64,000 nt of DNA from positions 214,024,001-214,088,000 of the forward strand of contig OZ024743.1 in NCBI GenBank assembly GCA_964016885.1. The letters run 5' to 3'. Positions 1-14,222 of the stretch are shown piece by piece. Each line of letters begins with the position of its first letter. Within the stretch, counting starts at the first letter, position 1. Below the pieces are notes generated by a model. The model made no database searches, had not been told where the DNA came from, and was given only the letters and a program-made list of their open reading frames with translations. The position numbers and the translations under genes are program-made. The stretch is from Eledone cirrhosa (Eukaryota).

Positions 1-68
1 AAAATTCATTGTGGGATTTCATAGCAGTTTTCATCTAGGTAGCAAGAACAGGTTGACTGCTGTGTCCC
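1..68 (-). repeat. Fragment of the Neptune PLE terminal repeat (pLTR)
   Basis: Nearly identical to 39945-40008 (aaaattcattgtgggatttc...gctgtgtccc) and the reverse complement of part of 44007-44353. Confidence 0.85.
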
Positions 69-307
<239 letters not shown>

Positions 308-424
308 ATATATGTATATATATATGTATATAACGAAGGATATGTGGTAAGGAACCAGGTGGACCATAACGCACCAAAGTACTCAATACTTGAGGTAGTA
401 GAGTGGGTAATAGGAACCAGTAAG

Positions 425-518
425 ACCCCGACAGCTGAGCTCAAGCCGTTTCGACGGCTAATTCTGGACTAAATGAACATTTATCCTGGTATTTAAATAG
501 CCGATCTTCTCAAGGGGT
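425..518 (-). ncRNA. Hammerhead ribozyme, U3-A8 variant (family A)
   Basis: Mirror image of 695-788. Confidence 0.8.
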
Positions 519-694
519 AATTCCATATATGGTCAAAGTGATTGTCAAAAATCAGTAGTAATTCTGTGGTTGCAAATTAGTAGGGGAGATGGTGGCTAAA
601 CCTGCTGGCAGGTTTAGCCACCATCTCCCCTACTAATTTGCAACCACAGAATTACTACTGATTTTTGACAATCACTTTGACCATATATGGAATT

Positions 695-788
695 ACCCCT
701 TGAGAAGATCGGCTATTTAAATACCAGGATAAATGTTCATTTAGTCCAGAATTAGCCGTCGAAACGGCTTGAACTCAGCTGTCGGGGT
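695..788 (+). ncRNA. Hammerhead ribozyme, U3-A8 variant (family A)
   Basis: Stem I ACCCC/GGGGT; core TTGAGAA; stem II GA(T)CGGCTA/TAGCCGTC with a long loop; GAAA; stem III ACGGCT/AGCTGT; GTC cleavage triplet. Confidence 0.8.
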
Positions 789-861
789 CTTACTGGTTCC
801 TATATATGTATATATATATATATATAGATATACATGTATATATGTATATATATATGTATAT

Positions 862-1025
862 ATAAAGATTAGGATTGGTGCTCTGAAATCGCGATGTATA
901 CATGCATGTATGTAAGTATAGTATATTTGGCAATATACCCTATGTTTAATTAAAACAGTTTGAAGACCTTGCACTATCATTTTTAAAGTAGTGACTATGT
1001 CACCTACTTCTTTTTTCAGCAAAAG
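862..1025 (-). repeat. Diverged family D fragment
   Basis: Similar to the reverse complement of about 17570-17730 (ggtgctctgaaat..gcgat..ttaattaaaa..gaagacctt..agtagtgac). Confidence 0.7.
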
Positions 1026-1048
1026 TATATATATATGAGAAGCATATA

Positions 1049-1084
1049 TATTTGAAAAGCAGAAGAACTGCGAAACCGGTAATG
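1049..1084 (+). ncRNA. Minimal hammerhead ribozyme motif, U3-A8 variant
   Basis: TTGAAAA-GCAG-aagaa-CTGC-GAAA-CCGG-TA. It has the palindromic ACCGGT stem III typical of PLE minimal HHRs, but stem I is only about 3 bp. Confidence 0.65.
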
Positions 1085-1156
1085 GAACCAAATAAATATA
1101 TATATTTTTTAAAAAATAAGACTCCAGTTGCATTTTGGATTTCATCTTTTTTTCTT

Positions 1157-1227
<71 letters not shown>

Positions 1228-1320
1228 ATCTGTAATCATTCCTATTCATACTTACATATAATCTTTAATAAATATCCATAAAACCATTTGAATTGAAGTC
1301 GGACTCAGCCACGCGCCTTC

Positions 1321-1379
<59 letters not shown>

Positions 1380-1799
1380 TTACTTTAGAGTGAGGAAAAG
1401 CTGAAGAACGTCTACATTCACACACATATATATATAACAAAGAAAGCGTTGGAAAATCCTAGAATTTCTTTGGAAGGTTTTTTGATATGAAATTATGTGT
1501 TGAAACAGATATTGTTATATTTGGGGAGAGTTATGTTGTCCAACATAATAATAAAACATACCCACTGTTTCGTTTGGTTTTCACTTCAGTTCAGTATATT
1601 TATTCAGTTCAGTACATTGGTTACCAGCTAAATTATTATATTGACAATATTAGGACAACGTGTCAAAGCAATACTATATGTCACAAAATATATCAATAAG
1701 ATTAGTGACATGGCTACCTCTGTTTCTGACAAGGAATTCAATGATGGTGGGCTGGTTTTGGTCAAACAGTATTAGACAAGTCGATACATCTCCAGCAAT

Positions 1800-2285
1800 A
1801 AAGCTATCTGGGTTTGATATCCAACAGTGGTCAACCTCATAGTCCATCTAGAAAATGAATAGAGAGTGTACTTCACTGAGACCACTGCTCATCAGTTTGC
1901 ACAAGCAACACCTGACACTACTCTAACTGCTTTTAAAATAAATTGCCACTTGTAAGACTTGGAATCGAAGGGAGCAGAGTCATTTCGTGGAAGGTCATGA
2001 ACTCAAGGAAAGTGATGCTATTGTTCATGTTTACAATGACCCCAACAAGTGAGTATTTTTATTTACGGCTACATCTGCATATTATTAAAGTGCCAGCGTC
2101 ATTTAAGGACCTCAGGTGATTTGGAGGAAAGGTGCGCGCAATATACCAAGAAGCATGTAAAGAGCATGGACTCCTGCATGGCAATGGACATTGGAAGAAG
2201 AGCTTAGAAGCACCAGCAGTCAGTTGAGTAACCAGTCAAATAAGACAGTTGCTTGCTACTATACTCACAGTATGTAGCAACGATA
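1800..2285 (+). pseudogene. Helitron Rep/helicase remnant
   Basis: Broken-frame translation gives YPTVVNLIVHLENE*RVYFTE, TPDTTLTAF, YLRLHLHIIKVPASFKDLR, YQEACKEHGLL and QIRQLLATILTVC, matching conserved RepHel blocks. Confidence 0.75.
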
Positions 2286-2312
2286 AAGTGAATATACTCT
2301 GTGTGTGTGAAG

Positions 2313-2380
2313 AGTAGCTTAGTGGTTAGACCGTCTGCTTCACAATTGTGAGAGTTAATTCGATTCCGGACAGAGGGATG
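2313..2380 (+). mobile_element. Degenerate tRNA-derived SINE head
   Basis: A-box-like tagcttagtggttaga and B-box-like ttcgattcc; resembles the SINE at 39.04-39.25 kb. Confidence 0.4.
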
Positions 2381-2899
2381 TATTGATTATATTTCACGCA
2401 GCTGTAGAAATGAGTTGCGAAGCCAATCGCAATTTAAATTTTCTTTGAATAACATGTGTGGCGTGGCGAAGTGGAGATTGGTATGCAAGAGATATTGCTG
2501 AGTTGATTTTGTTATTAAAAGTTATATTTCTACTATTGTTTTCGTATCTAATGTTCTTAGCATATGTGCGCTTTTCCATAGGCATATCATCTCTGTGGTA
2601 GATGTGAAATGTAGGGTTTTAATATGTGAGACAGTTACTTGGTTATTAGATTATCATTCGTGTCGTTTGGGTTAGATTCAATGTTTCGATCGTAGTTAGA
2701 TCTACGTAATGTGGTATTGTAATTAATTATACTTGCATTTCTGCTTATTTAGTTATTGTTATCTACATAGTATTGGATTTTCCCATTATATCCTGATCTA
2801 ATTAATGCTCCATTCTGATATTGTGAATTTTGGTCGAATATTACGCTATTATAGGATAATCCAGATATCCTATTAGATACATGTTTACTACTGATATAA

Positions 2900-4400
2900 A
2901 TATATACTTAGGTAGATTTTTAGTTTAGACCCAGCATATTTTGTTTTGTTTTCTGAAATTGCGTATAGTTGTGCTCAGATCATACTTTTAACAGGCCGTT
3001 TAAACTGCTGCAAGTGTACTTGATCGGAAAGTCATGAATATGGAAATATTTTGAGAGAAAGAACGTTCAATGCAAGACGGACTAAACGCATTGATTATTG
3101 TTGAGCCTGAGTGATTGGTCACAGAATGGGGGATGAGAGGAAGTGAAGAGATTCAATTTGGGGTGCCAGTGTCAGTTGGTATAAAAGTAGCAAGCTCAGA
3201 AAGACAAAGAGCATTTTAATCGGAATACAAGAGGCACAGGGAGAAGATGGTACCCCTGCGTACAAGAGGATTAATAATGTATGTGAGTGAATATAAGCCA
3301 ATTAGCAGAGGCAATTCTTTCGGATGTACTCTAGGAAGATATTGGGATCAATAGTGGTACAGCTCCAAACATGGTAGAATAACTTCAGAGAGTTATTAAT
3401 TGCTCACCGGTAATTAAGTGAATGCTTTTGGTTATTTTGTTTTCTACTTTTTGAAAGACAGAAAGCTGGTATGATGCATTCGTGGTCTCTGTTTACAAAG
3501 CCAGTGCATATCTGCAGGTGAGATGTCAAGATTGCATGTAGATAATGATTGGTCTAAGACGGCTATGGGAGAATGAATATGACTATTATCTGGGTAAGAT
3601 GAGGTACTATTTGACGTTTTGGCTGGAACGTCAGAAACGTATATAAGAAAGGATGTTGGTGATAAGCCCAAACTCAGGGATACACCAGAATTGATAGAGT
3701 ATAACACAGAGAGGGCACTGTGCTTTTAAATCATAATAAAGTTATATCATATAAAGCCAGCGATCCAAGAGCTGACTGACGGATATCGGTACAGATAGGC
3801 AAGTTTGATAAACGATTCGCATGTTGGAAACGGTCAGATATGTTGCTGGTGGTAAAGGAAGCAAACTTCTTCACGAGATGGTTAGCTTACAAATGAAAGA
3901 ATTGGGAGAATAGAACCCTAGTAGATCTGGCTATACAGAAGCCGGATTGCTGATCATTAAAGGTGTTGGATAGCGTCATTCATAATGGCAGTTTCATTAC
4001 CTTGTGAGAAAAAGATAGGCGGCATGTGATAGGGTTTGTCCTTGATTACAATGCAAGGAACTTTAGCATGTTTCCAAAGACCAGCTCATATCACTTAAAC
4101 AGACATGCATTAAGAAACTGTGTACGGACAGGGGCAGCACTGGTGTACAATGTTTAAGTTTTATGGAAATGGTATTGTCAGATCTATTTGTACAAATATA
4201 GGTATTTCGGACCTTGGCGTGCATGTACATCTGGTGGTGTGTCACACTGAGGGAAAAGAATATCTTAGGAAAGGCCTTTATTGGGAAAGCACGTTTCGGA
4301 ATAACTACACTGATAATAGAATTGGCATATTTCAGTCAGCTGAACGTCTATGACATATGAAATAGGTTCCTCTCATTAGAAGAATCGATGTGGGTTTGTG
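2900..4400 (-). pseudogene. Ancient non-LTR retrotransposon RT remnant (CR1/L2-like)
   Basis: ORF 3444-3707 gives SGVSLSLGLSPTSFLIYVSDVP and SYPDN, degenerate forms of GVPQGSVLSPxLFxIYxND and YADD. Boundaries approximate. Confidence 0.55.
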
Positions 4401-6499
4401 AAGTAAACTTCATATTTCCACAGAATCACAAAGGCTATTTTACACTATGCGCTCATTCAAGCGTAATCCGATATAGGGCTTAGAGAGATAAGGATATATT
4501 CGAGTTACAATCTTGTTCAAGTCGGAAAGTCAAGCGTATTCCTATCTTCATTTTGAGTATATTAAACTTTGTTTTTCAACTACGTTTTTCAAAGTATTTT
4601 ACGTTCCGCGTTTAATTGTTTAACGGAAATCGTTCAGAGAATTTCAGGATTTAGGCGACTAGTCGTAGAATTATAGAAAAGGATCCTAAACCGGAGGTCT
4701 GTCCCTACAACATACGCCATTGTGAATTCCGCTCAAAGTAAACAAGTTTCAGGTGTTGGTTTTAATCCAGGGAATGGACTGAGTATACCACCTTAGCTGC
4801 CTTTTATAATTCACGAGCTCATATATGTGAAGGAGATTTCACTTTTCGCATATCTTGAATGTGTTTCCTTTATAATAAAACCCATTGCATATTAACCGTG
4901 TAGTATAGTGTTTACGTAATCTTCGGTATTGATAACATTAGTGGATAGATGAGAGCATACTCATATACCATACATACTGCTCGAGGTTTCCCTATATATC
5001 GTAATTTCTGTTTGTTTTGAAGGAATTGTGCTCTGCTGTAATTTCCTGTTCTGGCATTCGATAAGGTAGATAGAGTAGAGGGATGTTGCAGGATGTTTTT
5101 GTGGTGATATATATCACATCTCAACAAGGGACGTGAGTATGTTTGGTCTATTATATACTGCATTGCAATATATTTATTTGCAGAATATCATTCACGATTG
5201 AATCTGAGTATCAGTTTATTAATTTATTTAACAATACTGTCCACTAACATTCCAAAATAAAGCCTCAAGACTCCTTAAACTCTTCTTGTCAACAAATTGA
5301 CCATTTTCTAGTTCTTTACTAGTCAACATTTTCCCTCAAGCTACTATTATCGTATAGTCTCATGCATTAAATTCATAATATTTCAATTATATTTACATGT
5401 TGTTTTTACATTTTATTTACTACTAAAATGAAATTATTCATGAAATAATAAAGATTTTCCAACACTTCTGAGAATAGAGAAATAAATTCTATGTATTTCG
5501 CCCCAAAGCTTCTAATTACAATAAACGCTTCTTGTCTGACTTTTGAATCATTGCTGTTTTTTATATAATTTTTTCCAATCTTAATTTCTCTCAGAGAGAT
5601 CGTAAATTGCTCAGAGACATAAATTAATTGCAAATATGTTAACTTTGATAATCTAAAGCAATTTGCCATTAGCACCAATTATTTCGGTCTTGTTTTTCAT
5701 AGTAAGTTTAATAAATTTCAAAAAGTAAGATTACTTCTAATTGAGAATGTTTGCAGCATATTTTCTTTTTAAATATCAACGAAGTTATATCACAAGAGGT
5801 AACATTATAGAACAGCCTGCTATTCAGCGAATTGTGAAACAACAAGTGTTATGTTTTCAATTGAAGCTGAATATACAATGCTTCTCCGTTTGTATTATTA
5901 TGTGATATAAATGTTAATTTCAGATCTGTTAAATCTGGTTGTTGAGGCACGAGATACATGGAGTATGCTTTCGTTTAACAAATTGAATTAAGCTTCGTGG
6001 CTTTTTAGGTAACACCCCATACACATTTATGGTGTAAACATGTATTTTAATAAAGCCTGCTCCTACGAAATAATATTCGATATCACTATAACAAATTACA
6101 GAAATAAGTTTGAATAAGTGTATCGGTGGTGATATAACTCTTAGAGGATTTGTCAGGATAACTCACTTAATAAATCCCAGAATATAATGCGTGTTATTTC
6201 TCGTATTTATATTAGAGTGTATGGTTATTATTCCAAATGGCAGTTATTCCAAAGTAAACTGAGTGGAAGTAAAAACGCTTTCATGAAACTATCACAGGAT
6301 ATTCTTGTGAAGGAATGTCTGAAGACAGGTCCTGTCAAAGGAAAATACATGATTTGTGGTTTAACTGTCTACTGTTTATTGTAACAAGAAATTTAAAATA
6401 ACAGCATGGGCTTGGTGTGGTGAAATACAGTCTTGCACACACGCACATGGATTCACACACAAAAAAGTGCATACACCAACAATCGTCATCCCCCCCACA

Positions 6500-6537
<38 letters not shown>

Positions 6538-7494
6538 GTGTGTGTGTATACATTAGCTAGTATATGCCCTATCATAAATACGAAATTAAGGATTCTATCA
6601 CATCTACATCGAATCTATTAATCCAGAATTATATTATACCCACACTACAAAATGTATATCTTAAACGCAATTTCAAATGCCCATACGAACTACAACCCAA
6701 ACACATTCCCATGTAAAAGAGGTAAAAACACTGGTACGATGGTGACGAACGAAATCCAGCTGCTGTTGTCCTAATGTGTTCTTTCACTATAATTGAAGCG
6801 GCCACCCCGTTAGGTACTCCGGAGTCCACACTAAAATCGTACAATGAACCACAAATTAATAATCGCTAGTCACAACACCAAGAGAAAACAGAACTGAAAC
6901 CAAATTACATTATACTCAATTGAATCCCTCTTAAAAATATATATACATATATATATACTATCGCTAAGAATTAAAGAAACATCAAAATAATTATATTGAC
7001 AAACAATTAAAATAAACATTAAAACACATTAAAATACATTAAAATACATTAAAAATAGGAAAAAAGAAATCAACTCGCAAGGCGACTGAATATTTTATCA
7101 TATCAATCTCTCAAATAACATAACCTGAAAGAATCCTACACAAAGAGAACAGAAATCAAATCATAATTTCATTAGACCTGCTAACTATGAAAGAAAATAT
7201 TGCAATTAACAACTGACTATAAAGGAAACAACCCCAAGGGAATTAACCTCTCAACCATCAAATATAAGAGAACAGAACTGAAAAGAAAATCTTAATTGAC
7301 AACTAGTGAACATAAAAAAATCCCGAACTAAAAAAAAAATGAATGCATGCATACATGGTCCTGTACTTTCTAGGGTAGTTTCAAACCTGACGAAATCCAT
7401 CACTTCTCCCGGTCTGAATACAACAGATTTTTTCAAGTCAAAGATAGAGAGTGAGAGAATGGAAGCCGGAAAGGGATATAGGAGAATAATCGAC

Positions 7495-7650
7495 AGTACT
7501 AGATTGACACTTTTTATCGACTTCGAATGGATGAAAGGCAAAGTTGACCGCGATGTGACTTGAACTTAGAGAGTAGAGAGCCGAATCGACTACCGCAAAG
7601 TAAGTATTCTAATCGACATTCTAAAGACTTAGCGAATTCGCAGCCTAAAA
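7495..7650 (-). mobile_element. Octopus-type SINE copy (degenerate)
   Basis: ttttatcgac..ggatgaaaggcaaagttgacc..ttgaact matches the reverse complement of 28484-28625. Confidence 0.65.
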
Positions 7651-8731
7651 CAACTCATTAACGATTAAAGAAAAAGGAACGGAACTGGAATCACATTATA
7701 ACCTAACTAACCACTTCTTAACAGATACCTAATTTAAGAATTAGGCGACCGACAAATAAACAGGAGCAGAATGAAGTTACAGTAAACAAAAATATTTAAT
7801 ATGCTAAACAAATAAATAATCTAACATAACCTAAATTTGAACTAAATAATATATTTTAATAAAATAAAATAATTAAAAGTAAGTAACAATAATATAGCTA
7901 ATTACCTGAAAACTGTACTGTCCTGCCCCCTGTGTCGAATGGGTAAGATTCACAATATCCTCTAGTCAAATAAACGATCGCCCTCACTCAATTGACATTA
8001 TCGAAGTGCAGGGAAGCTCGCTACTCTCAGTTCTCGGCACTTTGCCCTCTGGTTGCCAATGATTAACCTTTTCCAACCTCCACCTAACACTCAGTACGCT
8101 GCAAAGCCAAACATCCCTTTACTCATCATCATTGAATAAATACGGAACAACCATTAAAATAACAATGATCGCGACCTGGTGAGAAGATAAAAAAGGCAGG
8201 GACACTTACACCGAATCTAAATTAGTTGAACTCTCATATGAAATTAGATTAAATATTCATTAAATATTCCCACCCTCACGATAAGCTGCCTACGCTAGGT
8301 CGTTACATTTCTTCCCCATCTTCCTCTCTAATAAAACCAACAAATAATAACAAATGATATTCAAATTACTCAACGCACTCCTACGCTAAGATTGAAGTGT
8401 TTATTTAAAAGTTTCCTACGATAGCACCGCTTAATCATATGTTATCAGATATAATTACATTTAGCCATAAACTTAGTAGAAAGACCATCGCTCCTACAGA
8501 ATATAAATATTTGACTAGGAAATATAAAAATATTAGTCTTTTAAAGCATAACACTAATGTCCCTTTCTTATAGACCATTTCTATCGCAATGTCTTAAAAA
8601 TTCACTCTATTAACACATCAACTAGTCCTGTTCATTGCTAATCTTCTAACATAAATTCTAAACCACCTATTTTCGAGATGTTTCTAATTTTGACCGCATA
8701 TTTCCTTAATATATCAGCCCCTGGGTGTTTA

Positions 8732-9349
<618 letters not shown>

Positions 9350-9350
<1 letters not shown>

Positions 9351-10250
9351 GGAATTATCTTGGAATTTGACATTTCCAACAAATGGAGCCCTAATAAAAT
9401 AAGTTCTAGAATGGCCAAAACTTAATGACTTAAACCGCTAAAAGAATTACGGCTTACCTCTAATTTGAGTATTAGAATTTGGACTGACATATCCTGTCAG
9501 AGTAGAACAGATATTCATTTGGAAACTTATGAACCATTCGGAAGGAATTGTAAAAAGTTTAAACGAATAAAATTTATTGATGAGCAAAGAATTAATAATG
9601 GATGTGGTTGTATAAAGAAATTGAATCTTAGCCTAAATACAGCATAAAACGATGGCAGGTGAGGATTTTGGCTGCGTGGTTAGGTCCACATTACTCGATT
9701 ATACCATATGAGCAAATAGAAAAATCCTCAAGTTAAACCCATTCCATTTCAGCTGAGCTGCACGCTTGCTCGTTTCGAACTGTCTTAACGGAGTCAATAT
9801 TAAGAATGTAGTCAGTCCCGTCAGATGAGACAGTAAGTACTAAAATTGTATTTTATGGTGTACGAATCTGTTAATCTTTCTCAGCCTTTCCGCATGTTAG
9901 TTAAATTTGATACGTGTTTGGCGGTACAAGGGTTATGACTATAATACATGGTATTACAAATTAAATTTAAGCAAATGATGGGATTTGATGTAGTTAACCC
10001 GAATCGGTCTCATAGAGAGCTTTGTGAGTAGGCTAAGTCTGGGTGGGTTGCAGGTGGAACCAAGCAGGGTAATCAAACAATGAATATGTTAGATGATGTG
10101 AGAAATACATAAACAAAACTATTAAAGTCTAGATGGGGGTGGGATTACATCATGAAATTGATGCTTTTTAAGTTGGAATATCTGTTAAAATGACCATTGC
10201 TTGAACGTGGGCAGTGAAGAAGGCAGATGTTAGCAGTCCGTTACGATATA
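9350..10250 (+). pseudogene. Highly decayed LINE C-terminal remnant (I/Nimb-like)
   Basis: Only scattered motifs (YLGI, KTMAGEDFGC, LLDY) in broken frames. Confidence 0.3.
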
Positions 10251-12279
10251 AAAATGGTAAAACAACTAGTTGTATTATATTATATAATCACTAAGAAAAA
10301 TAGACATAGTATATTTTGTTTAATATTTTGCTATGCCAAATACAGATGCATCGAACACTAACCTGTGATAATTTCGCTCTTCTTGTCCCGAAGAAATGAA
10401 CACACACACACAAACGCACACGCACAAACACGCACACACTCTATCTATCTACCTACCCATTTATCTATATATCTATCTATCTACTTATATATATACTTGT
10501 TATTTATATGTAAGTTACAGGGATATTTAACTCATTTTATACATATACATGCACGAATATATATAATAATAAGATAAAATATATGAGGATATATATGCAC
10601 AACTTAAAGTATATCATATAAAGAACAATACAAAAAAAAAATAGTTCCATAAAATTGGTGGTTTATGTCTATAATATGGTGTATAAATGTATATAATCTC
10701 AGGTACGAAGGTATTTATCTTCACTAAACGCAATATGAATAAGGTGGATTATTATCTCTCTCATATGATAAAATTCGTGTTGTCGATTAAATGACTTCAA
10801 CCAATATTCTGTTGTATATGATCAGATCTATAAGCAAAGTGTTTTATTTATATAACAATTCTTTAAGGTGGCATGATTAGAAGCAGATTTAGCATTTTCT
10901 AGAAGCAGGACGATGTACCTCATATATAATATTTTTCTCTCGACTACGTAAGTTATAGTGTTGCTTGCTTTATCCCAGCCTAATCTGGAGCCGTACAACT
11001 AGAACCTTTGTAAATATTGAAAGGAATTGACGGTAGGATAAACGCAACGACCAAGCAACGCATGAACTAAAAGGAAGCTGCTGTATGTTAAAATATGAAT
11101 AATCACTTTCATGTTTTATATGCCGTAAATATAAGAATATGTTGAAATATTATTCATACAAAATTCTTTGGTGTGACTGACCCTAGAAATTAGTAATACG
11201 ATATTTATTGATATTGACAATATCCATCATCCCTAACTACCACTATTCTCAACACACAACATATCCATGGATCAAATCCCTGGAGGCCACGTTTTTGTTA
11301 GTTGTATTTGCCTGAATGATTCATTCGGTATCTGAGCACAGAAACCTGAACCAGTTTATGCAGGCTTCATTTTAAAAATTAATGTTTACTATACAAGACG
11401 GTAACACTTACTTTCTAAATGTCAAGCGTTGAGACCTCATGCTGCTTTATGACTTTGTATAAATGTTATTGTTATCGAGACCACCATTTCAAAATGAATT
11501 TATCAACTGTGATCTTTCCACAGAGGTTAGGAAGTGTAATTTCATCAAGACCTAGAAGATGACACAAACTTCGACGTTCGTGTCTATGTATAGCTGGTAC
11601 AAGTTAAGGTAATACGAAGAGGAGAGCAATTACATGAGAAATTAAATGCATGAAACTTATCTTCCCTATGTAAAAATAAAACAAATGTTTCGATAATTAC
11701 TCAGAAACAAAATTCGTTGTATTTAATGTTCCCAATAACTGTGCAAAAAACACAGATGCAACCTTTGGTTGCTACTGATAACTGCATACACATGTGCATA
11801 AAATCGTGCTTTAAAGAGATTTTGTAAATGTAACAATCTCCCAAGTGTCTGTCCGGTATCAATATGTCGATATGCCCGCTATAGTGATATAAAGTAAACA
11901 TATAGACGCTGATACAAGTTCTCAACTTTGATTTCCACAATAAAATGTCTCTCAGCAAGATTGCGTTTTCATATATGTGAATGGTTAGACAAAGAGACAC
12001 CATCGTTAAAGAGAATAATTTCCAATGTCATGTTTGACAGAAAATTTGCAAATGAGCTGGTGCAATTGAAGTCACATTTGAACATATACGATAAGCAAAC
12101 ACAAAGCGGAATCAAGTACAATTAATCAAGTACAGATCTCAATGCCAGCAAGGAACAGACATAACTTGAAAGAAGTGGTCAAGCTTGTACGGAGCAGATG
12201 ATATATATATATAATCCGAAGAGGGCTCGATAAGGATAATATATATATATCAAATATATAAAAACCATAGAGCAAATAT

Positions 12280-12382
12280 TTATTAAAATAACAGATTAAA
12301 GTTTAAGCAAAGGATCTTCTGAAGCAGAAGGGCGAAAACAGCGATTCTTTGCTTGCTTAAACTCTAATCTGTTATTTTAAAA
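12280..12382. repeat. Small imperfect foldback repeat
   Basis: ttaaaataacagattaaagtttaagcaa pairs with ttgcttaaactctaatctgttattttaa. A related sequence lies at about 60550-60605. Confidence 0.65.
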
Positions 12383-13075
12383 TATCTATATATACATACC
12401 ACTATCATTTGATAATGCATAAACATGCTGAAACCGCTAATAGACAATTATTAAATATAGAAATAGATAAATAAATGCCATTGTTAATTAATAAATAAAT
12501 CAACTAATACCTTAACACTTCACACAAAGTAAAACATTTCGTTTTAATCATTTTCTAACCCAGAAAAAATAGAGAGAGATAATACATTTTTCTTCCTAAT
12601 AATCGTCTCTTTCTCCCTGTTTATATATATATATATATATTAATTTATTGAATTATTTATATTGATGATATACGTATATGTAAGTAGTTTCAGTTATGTC
12701 TGTTTTGATTAGCTGTTTCCCAAGAATCAAATATCAAACCAGATGACCTCCACTTGATCACTTCATTCCTTTACTGTTTCTCCTCATTTCGTTCATCGTT
12801 TCCTATCATACGTTTATCAATATCTCCTTCAACCATTGTATGTACATACGCCTGAAGAGATGTCAGAAAACAACATTACTGCAGACTATCTTAGCTCATG
12901 AAATTATTGGGTGCAAATGGAAAATCGAACGTACGAATTATAATAATTTAATATTTGTTCTATTTGTGTGTATAGAGCATTCTTAGGTTTTGGATATTTG
13001 ACGATACCCCAAAAGACTCACACACGAACACACACACATACCCACATATGTAGATAGATAGATAGATAGATAGAT

Positions 13076-13115
<40 letters not shown>

Positions 13116-13116
<1 letters not shown>

Positions 13117-13311
13117 ACGAAGGGGATGTGGTAAGGAACCAGATGGACCATAACGCACCAGAGTACTAAATAATTAAGGTAATAGAGTATGTAATACGAA
13201 AATGTTTAACCTCGACGGCAGAGCTCTTGCCGTTTCGACGGTTATTTCTGGAGTCCAGAAAAAGCCGTCGAAACGGATTGAGCTCTGCCGTCGGCGGTTA
13301 AACATTTTCCA
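13116..13311. mobile_element. Mini-foldback of a family A relative, broken inside the HHR
   Basis: Left tail is homologous to family A (taacgaagg..gtggtaaggaacc). Both arms contain only the 3' half of the HHR (gtcGAAACGG..GAGCTC..GTC). (TA)n flanks. Confidence 0.8.
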
Positions 13312-13547
13312 TATATATATATATATATATACATACATTGAAGTGGAGATTATACGTAAATACTAGATTTTAAAATATATTTCAACATTCATTTCTCTAT
13401 AAAATTATACTAGGTATTTCTAAATGCTAGTTTGTTTATATACATGACAGGTTGTACAACACACTCCCCGACATAGACAAAAACACACACTCACACAGGC
13501 ACACAGAAGCTCCTAATTATCATTCTCTCTATCTCTGTCACTCTCTC

Positions 13548-13596
<49 letters not shown>

Positions 13597-13707
13597 GAAT
13601 ATAGACATAGAATATTCGAAAATAATATATCGCTATTTCAGAGCATTTATTCCAATTTATATATATATATATATATATATATACTGTAATTATGTATAAT
13701 TCATGTA

Positions 13708-13769
13708 TTTTATCTGACGAGGACGTACTGAAAAAACAGCACAGTACCTTTGAAATATATATAATAAAA
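13708..13769 (+). ncRNA. Minimal hammerhead ribozyme (family C)
   Basis: TTTTAT-CTGACGA-gg..GTACTG..CAGTAC.ctt-GAAA-TATATA-TA-ATAAAA; stem I TTTTAT/ATAAAA. Confidence 0.65.
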
Positions 13770-13996
13770 CATATATTTTGATTATGTGAATGTCTTCATT
13801 TATTATTATTCTGAATAATAATAACTCCAGAAAACCTTTTTGTAGAGTGCTTTTAATCTATTGTAAAACTATATTCATTGAGTAATCAATGAACCATATT
13901 AATCTTTGGTTTTATATACATATATATATATATACATGTGTGTGTGTGTGTATAAATGTGGACATACACATATACAAACACACACATATATATACC

Positions 13997-14037
<41 letters not shown>

Positions 14038-14128
14038 CGAAGGAAATGTGGTAAGGAACCAGGTGGACCATAACGCACCAAAGTACTCAATATTTGAGGT
14101 AGTAGAGTGGGTAATAGGAACCAGTAAG

Positions 14129-14222
14129 ACCCCGACAGCTGAGCTCAAGCCGTTTCGACGGCTAATTCTGGACTAAATGAAAATTTATCCTGGTATTTAA
14201 ATAGCCGATCTTCTCAAGGGGT
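14129..14222 (-). ncRNA. Hammerhead ribozyme, U3-A8 variant (family A)
   Basis: Same motif as 695-788. Confidence 0.8.

Larger units (their letters stand above)
331..801. mobile_element. Family A PLE 3'-end foldback (about 195 bp near-perfect arms, hinge near 606) between (TA)n tracts
   Basis: About 411-605 is the reverse complement of about 608-801. The sequence equals the 3' terminus of the GIY-YIG element at 21.5-23.7 kb. The left arm has an extra tail of about 80 bp. Confidence 0.9.

Noticed and set aside
4800-5200. Possible Gypsy RT remnant on the minus strand (PYRMP..IPK)
   Set aside because: Too degenerate to support.
5400-5860. Possible hAT/Buster transposase traces (also a BED-like stretch at about 12000-12100)
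   Set aside because: Only faint resemblance; needs a profile search.
12850-12915. CTGAAGA..GAAA motif
   Set aside because: Stems I and III are not convincing.
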